Below, in pieces: positions 1-9,843 of a stretch of DNA of 64,000 bases. The stretch is from Gemmatimonadaceae bacterium. GTDB taxonomy: Bacteria; Gemmatimonadota; Gemmatimonadetes; Gemmatimonadales; Gemmatimonadaceae. The notes beneath the pieces were generated by a model. That model made no database searches and was not told the origin of the DNA. It worked only from the letters and a program-made list of their open reading frames with translations. Numbering within the stretch: the stretch's first letter is position 1; the number at the start of each line of letters is the position of its first letter. The translations under genes were made by a program, and so were the position numbers. The DNA is taken from positions 1,576-65,575 of the forward strand of contig DATCPC010000174.1 in assembly GCA_036564355.1 (NCBI GenBank). The letters run 5' to 3'.

Positions 1-795
1 GATCGATGCCTCGACCGCGCGGATCGTCGGACCGTCCATCATCTCGAGCGCCGCGGGAAGAATCCCCGCTGCGATGATCGCCGATGTCGCGCGGGCGCCC
101 GCGTCGATCGACATGAAGTCCGCCAGCAGCGTGCGCACGCCCTGCGGATTCGGCGTCAGCTTCACCGTGACCTCGAGCGCGACGCCGAAGCAACCCTCCG
201 ATCCGATGAAGGCGCCGAGCAGGTCGTAGCCGTCCGTCTCACCATTGGCGTTGCCGAGCGTCACGATCTCGCCGCTCGCGAGGATGACTTCGAGCGCGAC
301 GACGTGGTTGAGCGTCACGCCGTACTTGAGGCAATGCGGGCCGCCGCTGTTCTCCGCGACGTTGCCGCCGATCGTGCACGCGGTTTGGCTCGAGGGATCG
401 GGCGCGTAATGGAGGCCGTGCGTGCCGGCCGCGCGCGTGAGCGTCACGTTCACCGCGCCCGGCTCGACCACCGCGAGCCTGTTCACGGGATCGATCGAAA
501 GTATTCTGTTCAGCCGGTTGAGGCCGACGACCACCGCATCGCCGCTCGCAAGTGCGCCCGCGGACAGGCCGGTGCCCGCGCCGCGCGCGACGAACGGACA
601 CCGCTCGCGGGCGAGGAGTCGCACGACGTCGATCAATTGCTGTTTCGTGCGCGGAAAGACCGCGAGGCGGGGGCGCAGCCGGTAGCCGGGGAGCCCATCC
701 GAGCTGTACGTCGCGAGCTCGCTCGGGCGCGCCAACACCCCTCGCTCGCCGACGATCGCGGCGAGGAGCGCCGCGAGCTTTTCTGTGTCGATCAG
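1..795 (-). CDS. FAD-linked oxidase, GlcD-like (N-terminal part; gene runs off the left edge)
   Basis: My own translation of the minus-strand frame ending at nt 1 reads ...CPFVARGAGTGLSAGALASG...HGLHYAPDPSSQTACTIGGN..., typical of the FAD-binding glycolate oxidase D / D-lactate dehydrogenase family. The start is unresolved: there is no ATG/GTG/TTG in frame between 739 and 867. Candidates are GTG at 736-738 and GTG at 868-870. Confidence 0.8.
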   Translation of the reverse strand, partial: MIDTEKLAALLAAIVGERGVLARPSELATYSSDGLPGYRLRPRLAVFPRTKQQLIDVVRLLARERCPFVARGAGTGLSAGALASGDAVVVGLNRLNRILSIDPVNRLAVVEPGAVNVTLTRAAGTHGLHYAPDPSSQTACTIGGNVAENSGGPHCLKYGVTLNHVVALEVILASGEIVTLGNANGETDGYDLLGAFIGSEGCFGVALEVTVKLTPNPQGVRTLLADFMSIDAGARATSAIIAAGILPAALEMMDGPTIRAVEASI

Positions 796-820
796 CGCAC
801 CGCGCCGACCGTGCGCGTGT

Positions 821-1714
821 TCAGGCGGCGGTCCAGAAGCTGGCGAGGGCGTTTCCGTGTGGAGAGCCACGCAGTTTCTCGAAGGCGCGCTCGCGAATCT
901 GACGAATGCGTTCGCGCGTAACTCCCATGAGCGCGCCGATCTTCTCGAGCGTCATGGCCTCGGCCCCTTCGTCGAGACCGTAGTAGAGATAGAGGATCTT
1001 TCGCTCTCGCGGCGTAAGATACTGCCGGAAGACGCGATCGATGAACTCGCGCATCAGCTTGAAGTCGCAGTTTTCCTCGATCTCCCCGCCTTCCACTCCG
1101 ACGAAGCGTTCGCCGAGCGTGGATGCTTCCCGATCCGAACGATCGATCGGCGCATCGAGCGACAGCTCGGTGGCGGACATCTGGCGAGACGCGCGCACCT
1201 GCTCCGGCGTCTCCTCGATCAGGCGGCCGATCTCGTGATCGGTAGGGTCGCGCTTGAGAACCTGTGCCAGCACAGTTTCCGCACGCGCCAACTTGATGAG
1301 CTGGGAATTCTGATTGAGTGGAATGCGAACCGAGCGCGTCTGCTCGGCCAACGCCTTGAGCACGGCCTGTCGTACCCACCACACGGCGTACGAGATAAAC
1401 TTGACTCCCTGATCTGGATCGAACTTTTTCACGGCTTTGAGCAGACCTTCGTTGCCGATGGCGACGAGCTCACTCAGGTCAAGACCGTGCCCCTGATACT
1501 TCTTCACATACGAGATGACGAAACGAAGATTGGCGGTGACGAGGCGCTCGGCGGCGACTTCGTCTCCTTTTTGCGCGAGGCGAGCGAGCCTGCGCTCTTC
1601 GGCGGGATCTCTTATGAGCGGAAGCTTTTGTATGTCGTGGAGGTACTGATCGAAAGCGGTGGAGGGGGAAGAGCGGAAGAACCCTTTAGACCTGCTCTCG
1701 GTCACATGCTCCAT
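821..1714 (-). CDS. RNA polymerase sigma factor, sigma-70 (RpoD/RpoS-like) family
   Basis: ORF 821..1810. Region 2 reads LRFVISYVKKYQGHGLDLSELVAIGNEGLLKAVKKFDPDQGVKFISYAVWWVRQAV; region 4 reads LTPRERKILYLYYGLDEGAEAMTLEKIGALMGVTRERIRQIRERAFEKLR. I prefer the ATG at 1712-1714 (MEHVTES...). The TTG at 1810 would add an Arg-rich, non-protein-like extension. Confidence 0.85.
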   Translation of the reverse strand: MEHVTESRSKGFFRSSPSTAFDQYLHDIQKLPLIRDPAEERRLARLAQKGDEVAAERLVTANLRFVISYVKKYQGHGLDLSELVAIGNEGLLKAVKKFDPDQGVKFISYAVWWVRQAVLKALAEQTRSVRIPLNQNSQLIKLARAETVLAQVLKRDPTDHEIGRLIEETPEQVRASRQMSATELSLDAPIDRSDREASTLGERFVGVEGGEIEENCDFKLMREFIDRVFRQYLTPRERKILYLYYGLDEGAEAMTLEKIGALMGVTRERIRQIRERAFEKLRGSPHGNALASFWTAA

Positions 1715-1940
1715 ACACGCCCCGTTCTTGCGGAAGGGTGGACGAGCGGCACGGCGGCGTGGGGAGGAAACGAGCCGGCCGTGCAGCGGCTCGATGCTGC
1801 CAAGCCTCAACGACGGGCAGGATAACTGTGGCTGACGGTTAGGTCAACAGCCACAAAGTGTGCCGAAAATCACGAGCGCAAATCGGCTCGGCGCACGTCG
1901 TGCGGTCGCGCAAATCGATCTCGCTGGACGATTGCGCCGA

Positions 1941-2189
1941 TCATTTTTGTGGGTCGCGTGGCTTGGTCCGTTGCGTGGCGGTCAAAATGCCCAGACCGAC
2001 CAGCATGATCGCGCCCACGCCAATCCATTGAGTCGGCGCATGCAATAGATACGCGGCAATGCAGACACCGATGACAAAAATGAAATAGCCGATCAGAAAC
2101 GTGGTGAACGAAGACATGTCGATCCGTTGGTTGGAGACGGGCGCCTGCGGGGCAAGGAGAATGCCTTCGCTCAGCTCGTCATATGTCAT
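1941..2189 (-). CDS. Small integral membrane protein (82 aa), unknown function
   Basis: Two hydrophobic spans (FTTFLIGYFIFVIGVCIAAYLL and WIGVGAIMLVGLGILTA). Its ATG overlaps the aroB stop (ATGA at 2186-2189). Confidence 0.6.
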   Translation of the reverse strand: MTYDELSEGILLAPQAPVSNQRIDMSSFTTFLIGYFIFVIGVCIAAYLLHAPTQWIGVGAIMLVGLGILTATQRTKPRDPQK

Positions 2190-3289
2190 TGTGCGTTGCT
2201 GCTTTGCGTGAGCACCTGTAGCACCGTTTCGTCCGGCGCGCGAACGCCCGCGATCGCTCGCCCGATCTCGGCGATCAGCGCGTATTCCGTGACGCCTTCG
2301 CGCGCTTTCTTGTCGCCGCGAGTTGCAGAGAGAATGCGCCGCGCATCGAGATCTTTCGGGATTGTGACGGGTAGTTCAGCACGTGTCAAAGTATCGCGGA
2401 GTTGCTTCGCGGTGCCCGCTGGGGTGACGCCGAGGCGCTCGCCCAGCTGCGCTTCGAGCACCATGCCGATCGCGATCGCTTCGCCGTGAAGCAGGCGATA
2501 GTCGCTTTCCGATTCGATGGCGTGGCCGAGGGTGTGTCCAAAATTGAGGATGCGGCGAATGCCGGACTCGCGCTCGTCCTGCAGAACGATGCTCGCTTTG
2601 ATCTCAACGCTGTTTAGAATGAGCGCGCGCATCGCATGGTGATCCGGCTCGGCGAGGAGCGCAGACAGTGCCACATCGATCCTTCGATAGTACGTCGCGT
2701 CGGCGATCGCGCCGTGCTTGATGGCCTCCGCCATTCCCGCGCGCAAGTGATTCGCGGGGAGCGTCGCGAGCACGGAGGGATCGGCGATCACTGCTCGCGG
2801 CCGATGGAATGCGCCCACCAGGTTTTTTCCGGCCGCGGTATCGACCCCCGTCTTTCCTCCGATCGACGCATCGATCATCGCGAGGAGCGTCGTGGGGATC
2901 TGCACGAACGGGGTGCCGCGCATGTACGTCGCAGCGACGAAGCCCGCGAGGTCGCCGACCACGCCGCCGCCCAGCGCGAGAATCGTGGAGTCGCGTCCGA
3001 AGCCCGCGGAGAGCAGCGCGTCCGTGAGATGCGACCACTGCTCGCGTGTCTTCTCGGACTCGCCCGGGGGAATCGTGAAGAGCTCCGTCTGGGCGGCGCC
3101 GAGTGCGTTGCGCACGCGCGCGGCATACAGCGGAGCCACGTTCGCATCGGAGATGATAGCGTAGCGGTGCGCCGGCGCAACGGCGCGTATGAGCGCGGCG
3201 GCGCGGTCGAGGAGGCCGGCGCCCACGTGTACGTCGTACGAGCCAACAGGGACCGAGATGTCGTCGAGCGCGGTTGCGCCGCTCACCAC
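2186..3289 (-). CDS. aroB: 3-dehydroquinate synthase
   Basis: 367 aa with LALGGGVVGDLAGFVAATYMRGTPFVQIPTTLLAMIDASIGGKTGVD and NFGHTLGHAIE motifs. The start overlaps the upstream gene's stop. Confidence 0.95.
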   Translation of the reverse strand: MVSGATALDDISVPVGSYDVHVGAGLLDRAAALIRAVAPAHRYAIISDANVAPLYAARVRNALGAAQTELFTIPPGESEKTREQWSHLTDALLSAGFGRDSTILALGGGVVGDLAGFVAATYMRGTPFVQIPTTLLAMIDASIGGKTGVDTAAGKNLVGAFHRPRAVIADPSVLATLPANHLRAGMAEAIKHGAIADATYYRRIDVALSALLAEPDHHAMRALILNSVEIKASIVLQDERESGIRRILNFGHTLGHAIESESDYRLLHGEAIAIGMVLEAQLGERLGVTPAGTAKQLRDTLTRAELPVTIPKDLDARRILSATRGDKKAREGVTEYALIAEIGRAIAGVRAPDETVLQVLTQSSNAQ

Positions 3290-3828
3290 GTCACCTCGGC
3301 CGCGCCCGCCCTCCGAGCCGCCACGCGCGCGAGCACGAAGAGCAGGTCGGAAAGTCGATTGAGATACACGATCACGATCGGCGGCAGCGCCTCGCTCCGC
3401 GACATCGCGAGCACGTCGCGCTCGGCGCGGCGGCAGATCGTGCGCGCGAGATGCAGCGTCGCGGCTTTCACGGTTCCGCCGGGAATGATGAATGCGCGGA
3501 GCGGTTCGAGTTCTGTCTCACCATCGTCGATCGCAGCCTCGAGCGCTTCGATTCGCGAGTCGCCGATGCTCGCCTTCTCGAGGTACTCGCGCACCTTGTC
3601 GGGATCCGGGGTGGCGAGGAGCGCGCCGAGGCTGAAGAGATCGCGCTGGACGGCGACGAGCAGCTCGTCGATGCGTGGCATGGGCTCGACCGCGCGCGCC
3701 ATGCCGAGCGATGCGTTCAGCTCGTCGACGGAGCCGTACGCCTGGACGCGCGGGTGATCCTTGGACACGCGGCCACCGCCGAAGAGTCCCGTGTCGCCGG
3801 CGTCACCCGTCTTCGTGTAGATCTTCAT
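3283..3828 (-). CDS. ATP:cob(I)alamin adenosyltransferase, PduO type
   Basis: 181 aa. The N-terminus MKIYTKTGDAGDTGLFGGGRVSKDHPRVQAYGSVDELNASLG is characteristic of the PduO/MMAB family. Confidence 0.9.
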   Translation of the reverse strand: MKIYTKTGDAGDTGLFGGGRVSKDHPRVQAYGSVDELNASLGMARAVEPMPRIDELLVAVQRDLFSLGALLATPDPDKVREYLEKASIGDSRIEALEAAIDDGETELEPLRAFIIPGGTVKAATLHLARTICRRAERDVLAMSRSEALPPIVIVYLNRLSDLLFVLARVAARRAGAAEVTW

Positions 3829-3855
3829 GGGGAGGAATATATCCCCAAATGGCGA

Positions 3856-4926
3856 TCAGGCCCGCTTCCACATCCTCGACCACCAGGTGGAACGCTGGCC
3901 ATCGGCGCGCCGGAGCCCGCGCTTGAAGTTGGAGAAGTGCGTGAGCTCCTGCGTGGCGGTGGGCGGCTGATAGGTCTCGGTGAAGATCGTCGCGAGGTGC
4001 TCCTGCAGCCGGTCGGGCGTCGCGACGACGGCCTGCGACTCGCACCACTTGTCGAGCGCGCGTCCCATGGCGGCGGCGGTGGGCCGGCGGTTCGGATCGC
4101 GATCCAGCGACGAGGTGAGGATGTCCTCGATCGTGCGGGGGATGTTGGGGACGAGCTCGCGCACGTTCGGCAGCGGCCGCCACGTCACCTCGTCGATCAG
4201 CAGCTCCGTCGCGTCTTCGTAGAAGAGCGGCTCGAGCGCGAGCAGCTCGTACAGCGTCACGCCCACAGCGAACACATCGCTGCGCCCGCTCACGGCGAGC
4301 GCGAGGAGCTGCTCCGGGCTCATGTAATGCTTCTTTCCCATCAGCATCTGCGGCGACTGCTGCATCGGGTCGATCGACGTCGTCGCCTTCGCGATCCCGA
4401 AGTCGGTGAGCTTCACGTGCCCGTCCCACGTGGCCATGATGTTGTTCGGCGACACGTCGCGGTGGACGATGTCGAGCCTGTCGCCCTGCGGGCTGACGAA
4501 GTTGTGCGCGAAGTCGAGCGCGCGGCACACGCGACTCGCGATGTACGCGGCGATCGCGAGCGGCACGGGCGTCTCGAGGACGCGATGGCGCTCGATGATC
4601 GCGCGCACCGTCGGACCCTTGATGTACTCCATCGCCATGTAGTACTGGCCGTCCACCTCGCCCAACTGGTAGATCTGCACGATGTTTCCGTGCACGAGGT
4701 TGGCGGAGAGCTTCGCTTCGTCGATGAACAGCTGGAGCCAGGTCTTTTCCTTCGCGTAGTGCGGATGGATGACCTTGAGCGCGACGCGTTTGGTGAAGCC
4801 TGCCGGGCCGAGATGCTCTGCTTCGTACACGGTCGCCATGCCGCCCTGCGCGACCTTCCGCACGAGTCGGAACGCGCCCGCGTATTCCAGAATGTGCTCT
4901 TCGGTGTGCATACTTGCTAAGCTCAT
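3856..4926 (-). CDS. Ser/Thr protein kinase (Hanks type); soluble, no obvious sensor or TM domain
   Basis: 356 aa. Motifs seen: VALKVI (catalytic Lys region), HRDVSPNN (HRD), DFG (KLTDFGIAK), and an SPE-like stretch YMSPEQ. Confidence 0.9.
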   Translation of the reverse strand: MSLASMHTEEHILEYAGAFRLVRKVAQGGMATVYEAEHLGPAGFTKRVALKVIHPHYAKEKTWLQLFIDEAKLSANLVHGNIVQIYQLGEVDGQYYMAMEYIKGPTVRAIIERHRVLETPVPLAIAAYIASRVCRALDFAHNFVSPQGDRLDIVHRDVSPNNIMATWDGHVKLTDFGIAKATTSIDPMQQSPQMLMGKKHYMSPEQLLALAVSGRSDVFAVGVTLYELLALEPLFYEDATELLIDEVTWRPLPNVRELVPNIPRTIEDILTSSLDRDPNRRPTAAAMGRALDKWCESQAVVATPDRLQEHLATIFTETYQPPTATQELTHFSNFKRGLRRADGQRSTWWSRMWKRA

Positions 4927-4974
4927 CGTTCGCTGCCTCTGCGGAGCCGTTCGTTCTCACCTCTGACGCACTTC

Positions 4975-5991
4975 ATGACGCTGGATATTCGCGACATCAC
5001 GATCATTGGCGCGGGGCCGACTGGTCTTTTCGCCGCTTTTTACGCGGGCATGCGCGGCGTGACAGCGCGCATCGTGGACGCACTCCCGGAGCTCGGTGGC
5101 CAGCTGACGGCGCTCTACCCGGAGAAATACATCTTCGATGTCGCAGGGCTGCCAAAGATTCTCGCCAAGGATCTCGTAACCCAGCTTGTGGCACAGATGC
5201 GGCAGTTTCAGCCCGATGAGCAGCTGGGCCAGCGTATCGTGGCTCTGGATGAGGACGGCGGGGTGCTGACTCTCGTCACCGAAACCGACCGCTTCGCGTC
5301 CCGCGCGGTGATCGTGGCGGCGGGGATCGGCGCGTTCACGCCACGCCGGCTGCCGCATCCCTCGGCGGAGCCGTGGTACGGCAAGGGAATTCACGATCGG
5401 GTGACCGATCCAAGAGAATTCACCGGGCAAAAGGTGCTGATCGTGGGGGGCGGTGATTCGGCGTTCGACTGGACGCACCAGCTCATGGACCACGCGGCGT
5501 CGGTGACGCTGATCCATCGGAGCGACCGCTTCCGGGCCCACGGGTCGACGGTGGCGGCCGTGAAGGAGGCCGCGAGGGAGGGGCGGGCGCGCGTGCTCAC
5601 CTTCCACGAGATCTCCGGTGTGCACGGGTCGGATGGCCGGGTGACGGGCGCTACGTTGAAGGATGTGAAGGCGAAGACGACGCACGATGTGGACGTCGAT
5701 GCGATTCTTCCGATGCTCGGATTCGTGAGCGACATCGGGGCGCTGGCCCAGTGGGGGCTGACGATCGACAAGGACGAGATCGTCGTGTCCAGCACGATGG
5801 AGGCGGGACGACCGGGAATCTATGCTGCGGGGGACATCACCACGTATCCAGGCAAGCTCAAGCTCATCGCGACGGGCTTCGGCGAGGCGGCGACAGCGGT
5901 GAATCAGGCGGTGCACTGGATCTATCCGGAAAAGAAGGTGGACCCCGGACACTCATCGAACATGGCGATATTTGGACAGAAAGATGACTGA
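4975..5991 (+). CDS. Ferredoxin-NADP(+) reductase, thioredoxin-reductase-like (YumC type)
   Basis: 338 aa. Motifs seen: IIGAGPTGLFAAFYAGMRG (FAD GxGxxG), a second dinucleotide motif VLIVGGGDSAFDW, and C-terminal GDITTYPGKLKLIATGFGEAA. Confidence 0.85.
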   Translation: MTLDIRDITIIGAGPTGLFAAFYAGMRGVTARIVDALPELGGQLTALYPEKYIFDVAGLPKILAKDLVTQLVAQMRQFQPDEQLGQRIVALDEDGGVLTLVTETDRFASRAVIVAAGIGAFTPRRLPHPSAEPWYGKGIHDRVTDPREFTGQKVLIVGGGDSAFDWTHQLMDHAASVTLIHRSDRFRAHGSTVAAVKEAAREGRARVLTFHEISGVHGSDGRVTGATLKDVKAKTTHDVDVDAILPMLGFVSDIGALAQWGLTIDKDEIVVSSTMEAGRPGIYAAGDITTYPGKLKLIATGFGEAATAVNQAVHWIYPEKKVDPGHSSNMAIFGQKDD

Positions 5992-6032
5992 GCTGGATTT
6001 GCGCCGGGAACAGCAATCGGCAGGAGCTGGAA

Positions 6033-6341
6033 ATGAGTGAAGACACGGAGAAATGTCCGCAGTGCGGAAGCGATCGCGTCACGAGGGGGCGAATCCTCGG
6101 CGGCATCTCGTCGATCTACTTTCGGCCGTCGGGGCTGCGCTTCTGGACACTGAGCGCGGCGGTGCCAATGATCGGCGCGAACAAGACGACGGATGAATTC
6201 TTTCCTCCGGGTGCCCGCGCGTGCGTGTCATGCGGGCTGCTGTGGAGCCGCGTGAACCACACGCTGCTCGAGCGGGTGCTGCGCGAAGGTGGAACGGAGG
6301 AGACGCGGAAGCGCTTTGGGGAGTCGGGCGAGGACGGCTGA
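6033..6341 (+). CDS. Small zinc-ribbon protein (102 aa), unknown function
   Basis: CPQC...CVSC cysteine pairs. The ORF fills the gap between two plus-strand genes and has GC-rich third codon positions. Confidence 0.55.
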   Translation: MSEDTEKCPQCGSDRVTRGRILGGISSIYFRPSGLRFWTLSAAVPMIGANKTTDEFFPPGARACVSCGLLWSRVNHTLLERVLREGGTEETRKRFGESGEDG

Positions 6342-6353
6342 GGCGTTCGGGGA

Positions 6354-8006
6354 ATGAATACCGCGGGCGCGCTGGCACGAGCGCGTGAATCGTTCGAGCG
6401 ACAGGCGTGGGAGGATGCCCACGGCCAACTGCTTGCCGAGGACCGCGAGCACGCGCTCGAGCCCGATGATCTCGTGCGGCTCGCGACGGCCGCGCAGATG
6501 CTCGGCGCGGATGCGGCTGCCGGAAGCGCGTGGGCGCGCGCACACACCGAGTTTCTGAAGCGCGACGACAAGCTCCGCGCGGCGCGCTGCGCATACTGGA
6601 TGCTCCTGCCCATGCTCTTTCGAGGCGACATGGCGCAGGCGGGGGGCTGGATCGCGCGAACGACCCGGCTGCTCGATGACGTGACCCCCGAATGCGCGGA
6701 GCATGGCTACCTGCTGTGCGCCATCGCGCTGCGCTCGGTCAGGGAAGGAGATGTCGAAGCGGCGCATGCCGCCTTCGTCGAGGCGTGCCGCATCGGCGAT
6801 CGCGTGGGTGACACCGATCTCATCGCGCAGGCTCGGCACGGTGAGGGGCGCACGCTCGTTCGACTCGGCGAGACCGCGCGCGGCGCGATGCTGCTGGACG
6901 AGGTGATGGCGGCGATCACGGCGGGCACGGTGTCGCCGCTCATCATCGGCGGCGTCTATTGCAGCGTGCTCGAGGCCTGCCAGGAGATGTACGATCTGCG
7001 GCGCGCGCAGGAATGGACGGACGCGATGGCGGAATGGTGCGCGCGCCAGCCGGAGACGGTGCCCTTTCGCGGACAGTGCCTCGTGCACCGTGCGGAGCTG
7101 ATGCAGCTCCATGGTGCCTGGTCCGGCGCGACCGAGGAGGCCGAGCGCGCGCGCGAGCGATTCATGCGTCCGCCGCGGCATCGCGCGATAGGCTCGGCGC
7201 ACTATCGCATCGCCGAGCTGCATCGCCTGCGCGGGGAGCACGCCCTGGCGGAGGAGTCGTATCGCCAGGCGAGCCAGGAGGGGTTCGATCCGCAGCCCGG
7301 ACTTTCGCTGCTTCGGCTTGCGCAGGGCCAGACAGCGGCGGCGAGCACGGCGATCGCGCGCGCGATGCAGGAGGCGCGCGAGCCGCGGCATCGGGCGCGG
7401 TTGCTCCCCGCGTTTGTCGAGATCGCGATCGCGGCGAGCGAGATATCAGAGGCGCGGGCGGCGGCGGAGGAGCTCTCGGAGCTGGCGAGCAAGCGCGGCG
7501 CGCCGCAGCTGCGCGCGGAAGCGGCATTTGCGATGGGCGCCGTGACGCTCGCCGAGGAGAATGCGCGTGAGGCCGTTGGGGCATTGCGCGAAGCGTTCGC
7601 GCTGTGGCGAGAGCTCGAGGCTCCGTACGATTCCGCGCGCGCGCGAGTACTCCTCGCGCGAGCGTTCCGGGCGCGCGGAGACGCTGACTCGGCGGATATG
7701 GAGCTGGAGTGCGCGCGCAAGACGTTCGCGGAGCTCGGAGCGGCGCACGAGGTCGCGCGAATCGATGCACCGGCTCGAGGCGCAGAATCCGATTCGATTG
7801 CGGGTGTGCTCACCGCACGCGAGCTCGAGGTGTTGCGTCTGGTCGCAACGGGCAAGACCAATCGCGCGATCGCGGCCAAGCTCGGCATCAGCGAAAAAAC
7901 GGTCGCGCGTCATGTGAGCAACATCTTCACGAAGCTCGGGCTGTCGAGTCGCGCGGCGGCGACCGCCTATGCGTACGAGCGTCGCATGCTCCAGGGCTCT
8001 ACATAG
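6354..8006 (+). CDS. LuxR-family transcriptional regulator with a long TPR/MalT-like helical N-terminal region
   Basis: 550 aa. C-terminal LuxR HTH: LTARELEVLRLVATGKTNRAIAAKLGISEKTVARHVSNIFTKLG. Confidence 0.85.
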   Translation: MNTAGALARARESFERQAWEDAHGQLLAEDREHALEPDDLVRLATAAQMLGADAAAGSAWARAHTEFLKRDDKLRAARCAYWMLLPMLFRGDMAQAGGWIARTTRLLDDVTPECAEHGYLLCAIALRSVREGDVEAAHAAFVEACRIGDRVGDTDLIAQARHGEGRTLVRLGETARGAMLLDEVMAAITAGTVSPLIIGGVYCSVLEACQEMYDLRRAQEWTDAMAEWCARQPETVPFRGQCLVHRAELMQLHGAWSGATEEAERARERFMRPPRHRAIGSAHYRIAELHRLRGEHALAEESYRQASQEGFDPQPGLSLLRLAQGQTAAASTAIARAMQEAREPRHRARLLPAFVEIAIAASEISEARAAAEELSELASKRGAPQLRAEAAFAMGAVTLAEENAREAVGALREAFALWRELEAPYDSARARVLLARAFRARGDADSADMELECARKTFAELGAAHEVARIDAPARGAESDSIAGVLTARELEVLRLVATGKTNRAIAAKLGISEKTVARHVSNIFTKLGLSSRAAATAYAYERRMLQGST

Positions 8007-8123
8007 AAATACCCACGAGCTGCCGAAGCAAAAGATGGATCGAATGCCCGACGCGACAGCTCGCGCGTGCTTCTATTCTGCCCGTACACCAGTATCAGCA
8101 CACAGCAACGCGCGGGGTTCAAA

Positions 8124-9251
8124 ATGGACGTGACACGAACAACACTGCCGGAGCGCATCGACACAGTCATCATCGGCGCTGGGCAGGCGGGCCTTTCAAC
8201 CGGCTACCATCTTGCCCGGCTCGGGCGGCGCTTCGTCATTCTCGAGAGCAACGAGCGAATCGGCGATACGTGGAGAAAGCGTTGGGATTCGCTCCGCCTC
8301 TTCACGCCCGCGCGCTTTGATGGGCTGGATGGAATGCCGTTCCCCGCGCCGAAGCATTCGTTTCCGACGAAGGACGAGATGGCCGATTTCCTCGAAGCCT
8401 ACGCGCTGCACTTTGGGATGCCCGTGCACACCGGCGTGCGCGTCGATCATGTGTGGCGTGAAGGAGGCCGGTTCATGGTACAAGCCGGCGAGTCGCTCAT
8501 CGAGGCCGAGAACGTCGTGATCGCGATGGCGAGCTATCAGACGGCGCGCGTGCCGGAATTCGCATCCGCACTGGATTCGAAGATCGTCCAGCTGCACTCG
8601 CGGGAGTATCGCAATCTGGCCCAGCTGCGTGCGGGGGGAGTTTTGCTCGTGGGTGCTGGAAACTCGGGCGCGGAGATCGCGGTCGAGATCAGGCGCGGCG
8701 GACACGCGACATACGTCTCCGGTCGCGTGACCGGACAGGTTCCGTTTCGGATGGATGGCAGAGCCGCGCGCCTGGGTCTCGCGCCCTTCGTGTTTCGGGT
8801 CGTCTTCCACCGCGTGCTGACCGTCGACACGCCGATGGGGCGGAGTGCACGCCGCAAGATGCTCTCGATGGGAACGCCTCTCATTCGGACGAAGGAAAGC
8901 GACCTCGCGGTGGCGGGCGTCACTCGAGTTCCGCGCGTGGTCGGCGCGCAGGATGGTCTGCCGCTGCTTGCGGACGGGCGCACACTCGACGTGGCGAACA
9001 TCATCTGGTGCACGGGATACAGTCCCGGATTGTCATGGATAGACCTTCCGATCTTCGATGCGAGCGGCGAGCCGAGACACGAGCGCGGGATCGTCGTGGA
9101 GCAACCGGGGATGTACTTCGTGGGCCAGCACTTTCAGTACGCGATGTCGTCGACGATGATCCACGGGGTCGGCAGGGATGCGGAGCGCGTCGCACGGGCG
9201 ATCGCGGCGCGACGCAGCGCTCCGGCCGAGGCCTCGCGGAGGACGGCGTAG
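8124..9251 (+). CDS. NAD(P)/FAD-dependent flavoprotein monooxygenase-like oxidoreductase (CzcO-like)
   Basis: Motifs seen: DTVIIGAGQAGLSTGYHL (GxGxxG), GDTWRKRWDSLRLFTP, and a second VLLVGAGNSGAEIA motif. I chose the ATG at 8124; the ORF track starts at the GTG at 8067. Confidence 0.8.
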   Translation: MDVTRTTLPERIDTVIIGAGQAGLSTGYHLARLGRRFVILESNERIGDTWRKRWDSLRLFTPARFDGLDGMPFPAPKHSFPTKDEMADFLEAYALHFGMPVHTGVRVDHVWREGGRFMVQAGESLIEAENVVIAMASYQTARVPEFASALDSKIVQLHSREYRNLAQLRAGGVLLVGAGNSGAEIAVEIRRGGHATYVSGRVTGQVPFRMDGRAARLGLAPFVFRVVFHRVLTVDTPMGRSARRKMLSMGTPLIRTKESDLAVAGVTRVPRVVGAQDGLPLLADGRTLDVANIIWCTGYSPGLSWIDLPIFDASGEPRHERGIVVEQPGMYFVGQHFQYAMSSTMIHGVGRDAERVARAIAARRSAPAEASRRTA

Positions 9252-9267
9252 GTCGAATAGCAGAGCT

Positions 9268-9783
9268 CTAGGGCTGACCCGCGCTCAGACCGCGCGCTTC
9301 GTTCCAGCGCGTGCGCACCATCTTGATCCACGACGGCGCGTTGGGGTTCACGATCTTTACCTCGACGGACCCCATGAACGCAGTCCCCGTGACGTGAATG
9401 GTGGGGGCGCCCGGCGCCGGCGTGCTCCACTTCTGTCCCTGCATCTCGAAGGACGCTATGATCGCATCGCCGTCGCACTCGACCCGGACATCCGGAGGAA
9501 CGAGGATGGTGACGTTGCCCATGATGACCATGAGCTCGATGCGCGACTTCCCCGCGCCGAAGCGGGCACTCGTCAGGTCGATCTTGACGTCGCCCATGAC
9601 CGAGACGGCTCGAAACAGACGCGGAAGGATCCAATCACCGGCGCGGACCTGCACCGACAGGAACGCCGTCACACCCCGCACCGCAGGCACCATCTCCTGC
9701 GGCACGATCATCTGGGAGGCGACCGGCGCCAGCGGGAGGCCCGCCGAGCCCTGGTCGAGCGATGGCTGGTACGGAGTCGTCAT
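9268..9783 (-). CDS. Hypothetical protein, LiaF-like/DUF2154-like beta-rich C-terminal domain (tentative)
   Basis: 171 aa. The pattern MGDVKIDLTSA...IELMVIMGNVTILVPPDVRVECDGDAIIASF resembles cell-wall stress LiaF C-terminal domains. This family call is from memory only. Confidence 0.55.
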   Translation of the reverse strand: MTTPYQPSLDQGSAGLPLAPVASQMIVPQEMVPAVRGVTAFLSVQVRAGDWILPRLFRAVSVMGDVKIDLTSARFGAGKSRIELMVIMGNVTILVPPDVRVECDGDAIIASFEMQGQKWSTPAPGAPTIHVTGTAFMGSVEVKIVNPNAPSWIKMVRTRWNEARGLSAGQP

Positions 9784-9843
9784 GGTATATCCAACGAATC
9801 TGCGCCCGCCCGGGTTTCGCCGGACCGAGGCACGGTGACGGTA

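Noticed and set aside
736-870. Possible non-canonical start or frameshift at the 5' end of the GlcD-like gene: there is no ATG/GTG/TTG in frame between 739 and 867.
   Set aside because: This cannot be resolved without homolog alignment. The GTG at 868-870 (a 50-nt overlap with the sigma-factor 3' end) or the GTG at 736-738 would each give a plausible protein. There is no internal stop or other evidence of disruption.
1827-1855. 8-bp hairpin TGTGGCTG-N13-CAGCCACA between the small membrane protein gene and the sigma-factor gene, as a possible intrinsic terminator.
   Set aside because: No U-tract follows on either strand (minus-strand downstream sequence is GTTATCCTGCCC), and the 13-nt loop is large. 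It may still be a 5'-UTR structure, but I cannot support a terminator call.
3274-4920. Long antisense or alternative-frame ORFs throughout the track. Examples: 3274..4920(+), 15591..16865(-), 17996..19564(+), 19032..20429(-), 25744..26826(+), 29626..31044(-), 41667..43250(+), 59032..60231(-).
   Set aside because: Each lies opposite to, or out of frame with, a gene that has unmistakable family motifs. Their translations are dominated by Arg/Ala/Gly/Pro/His runs, which is typical of shadow ORFs in about 70% GC DNA. I recognised no domain motif in any of them.
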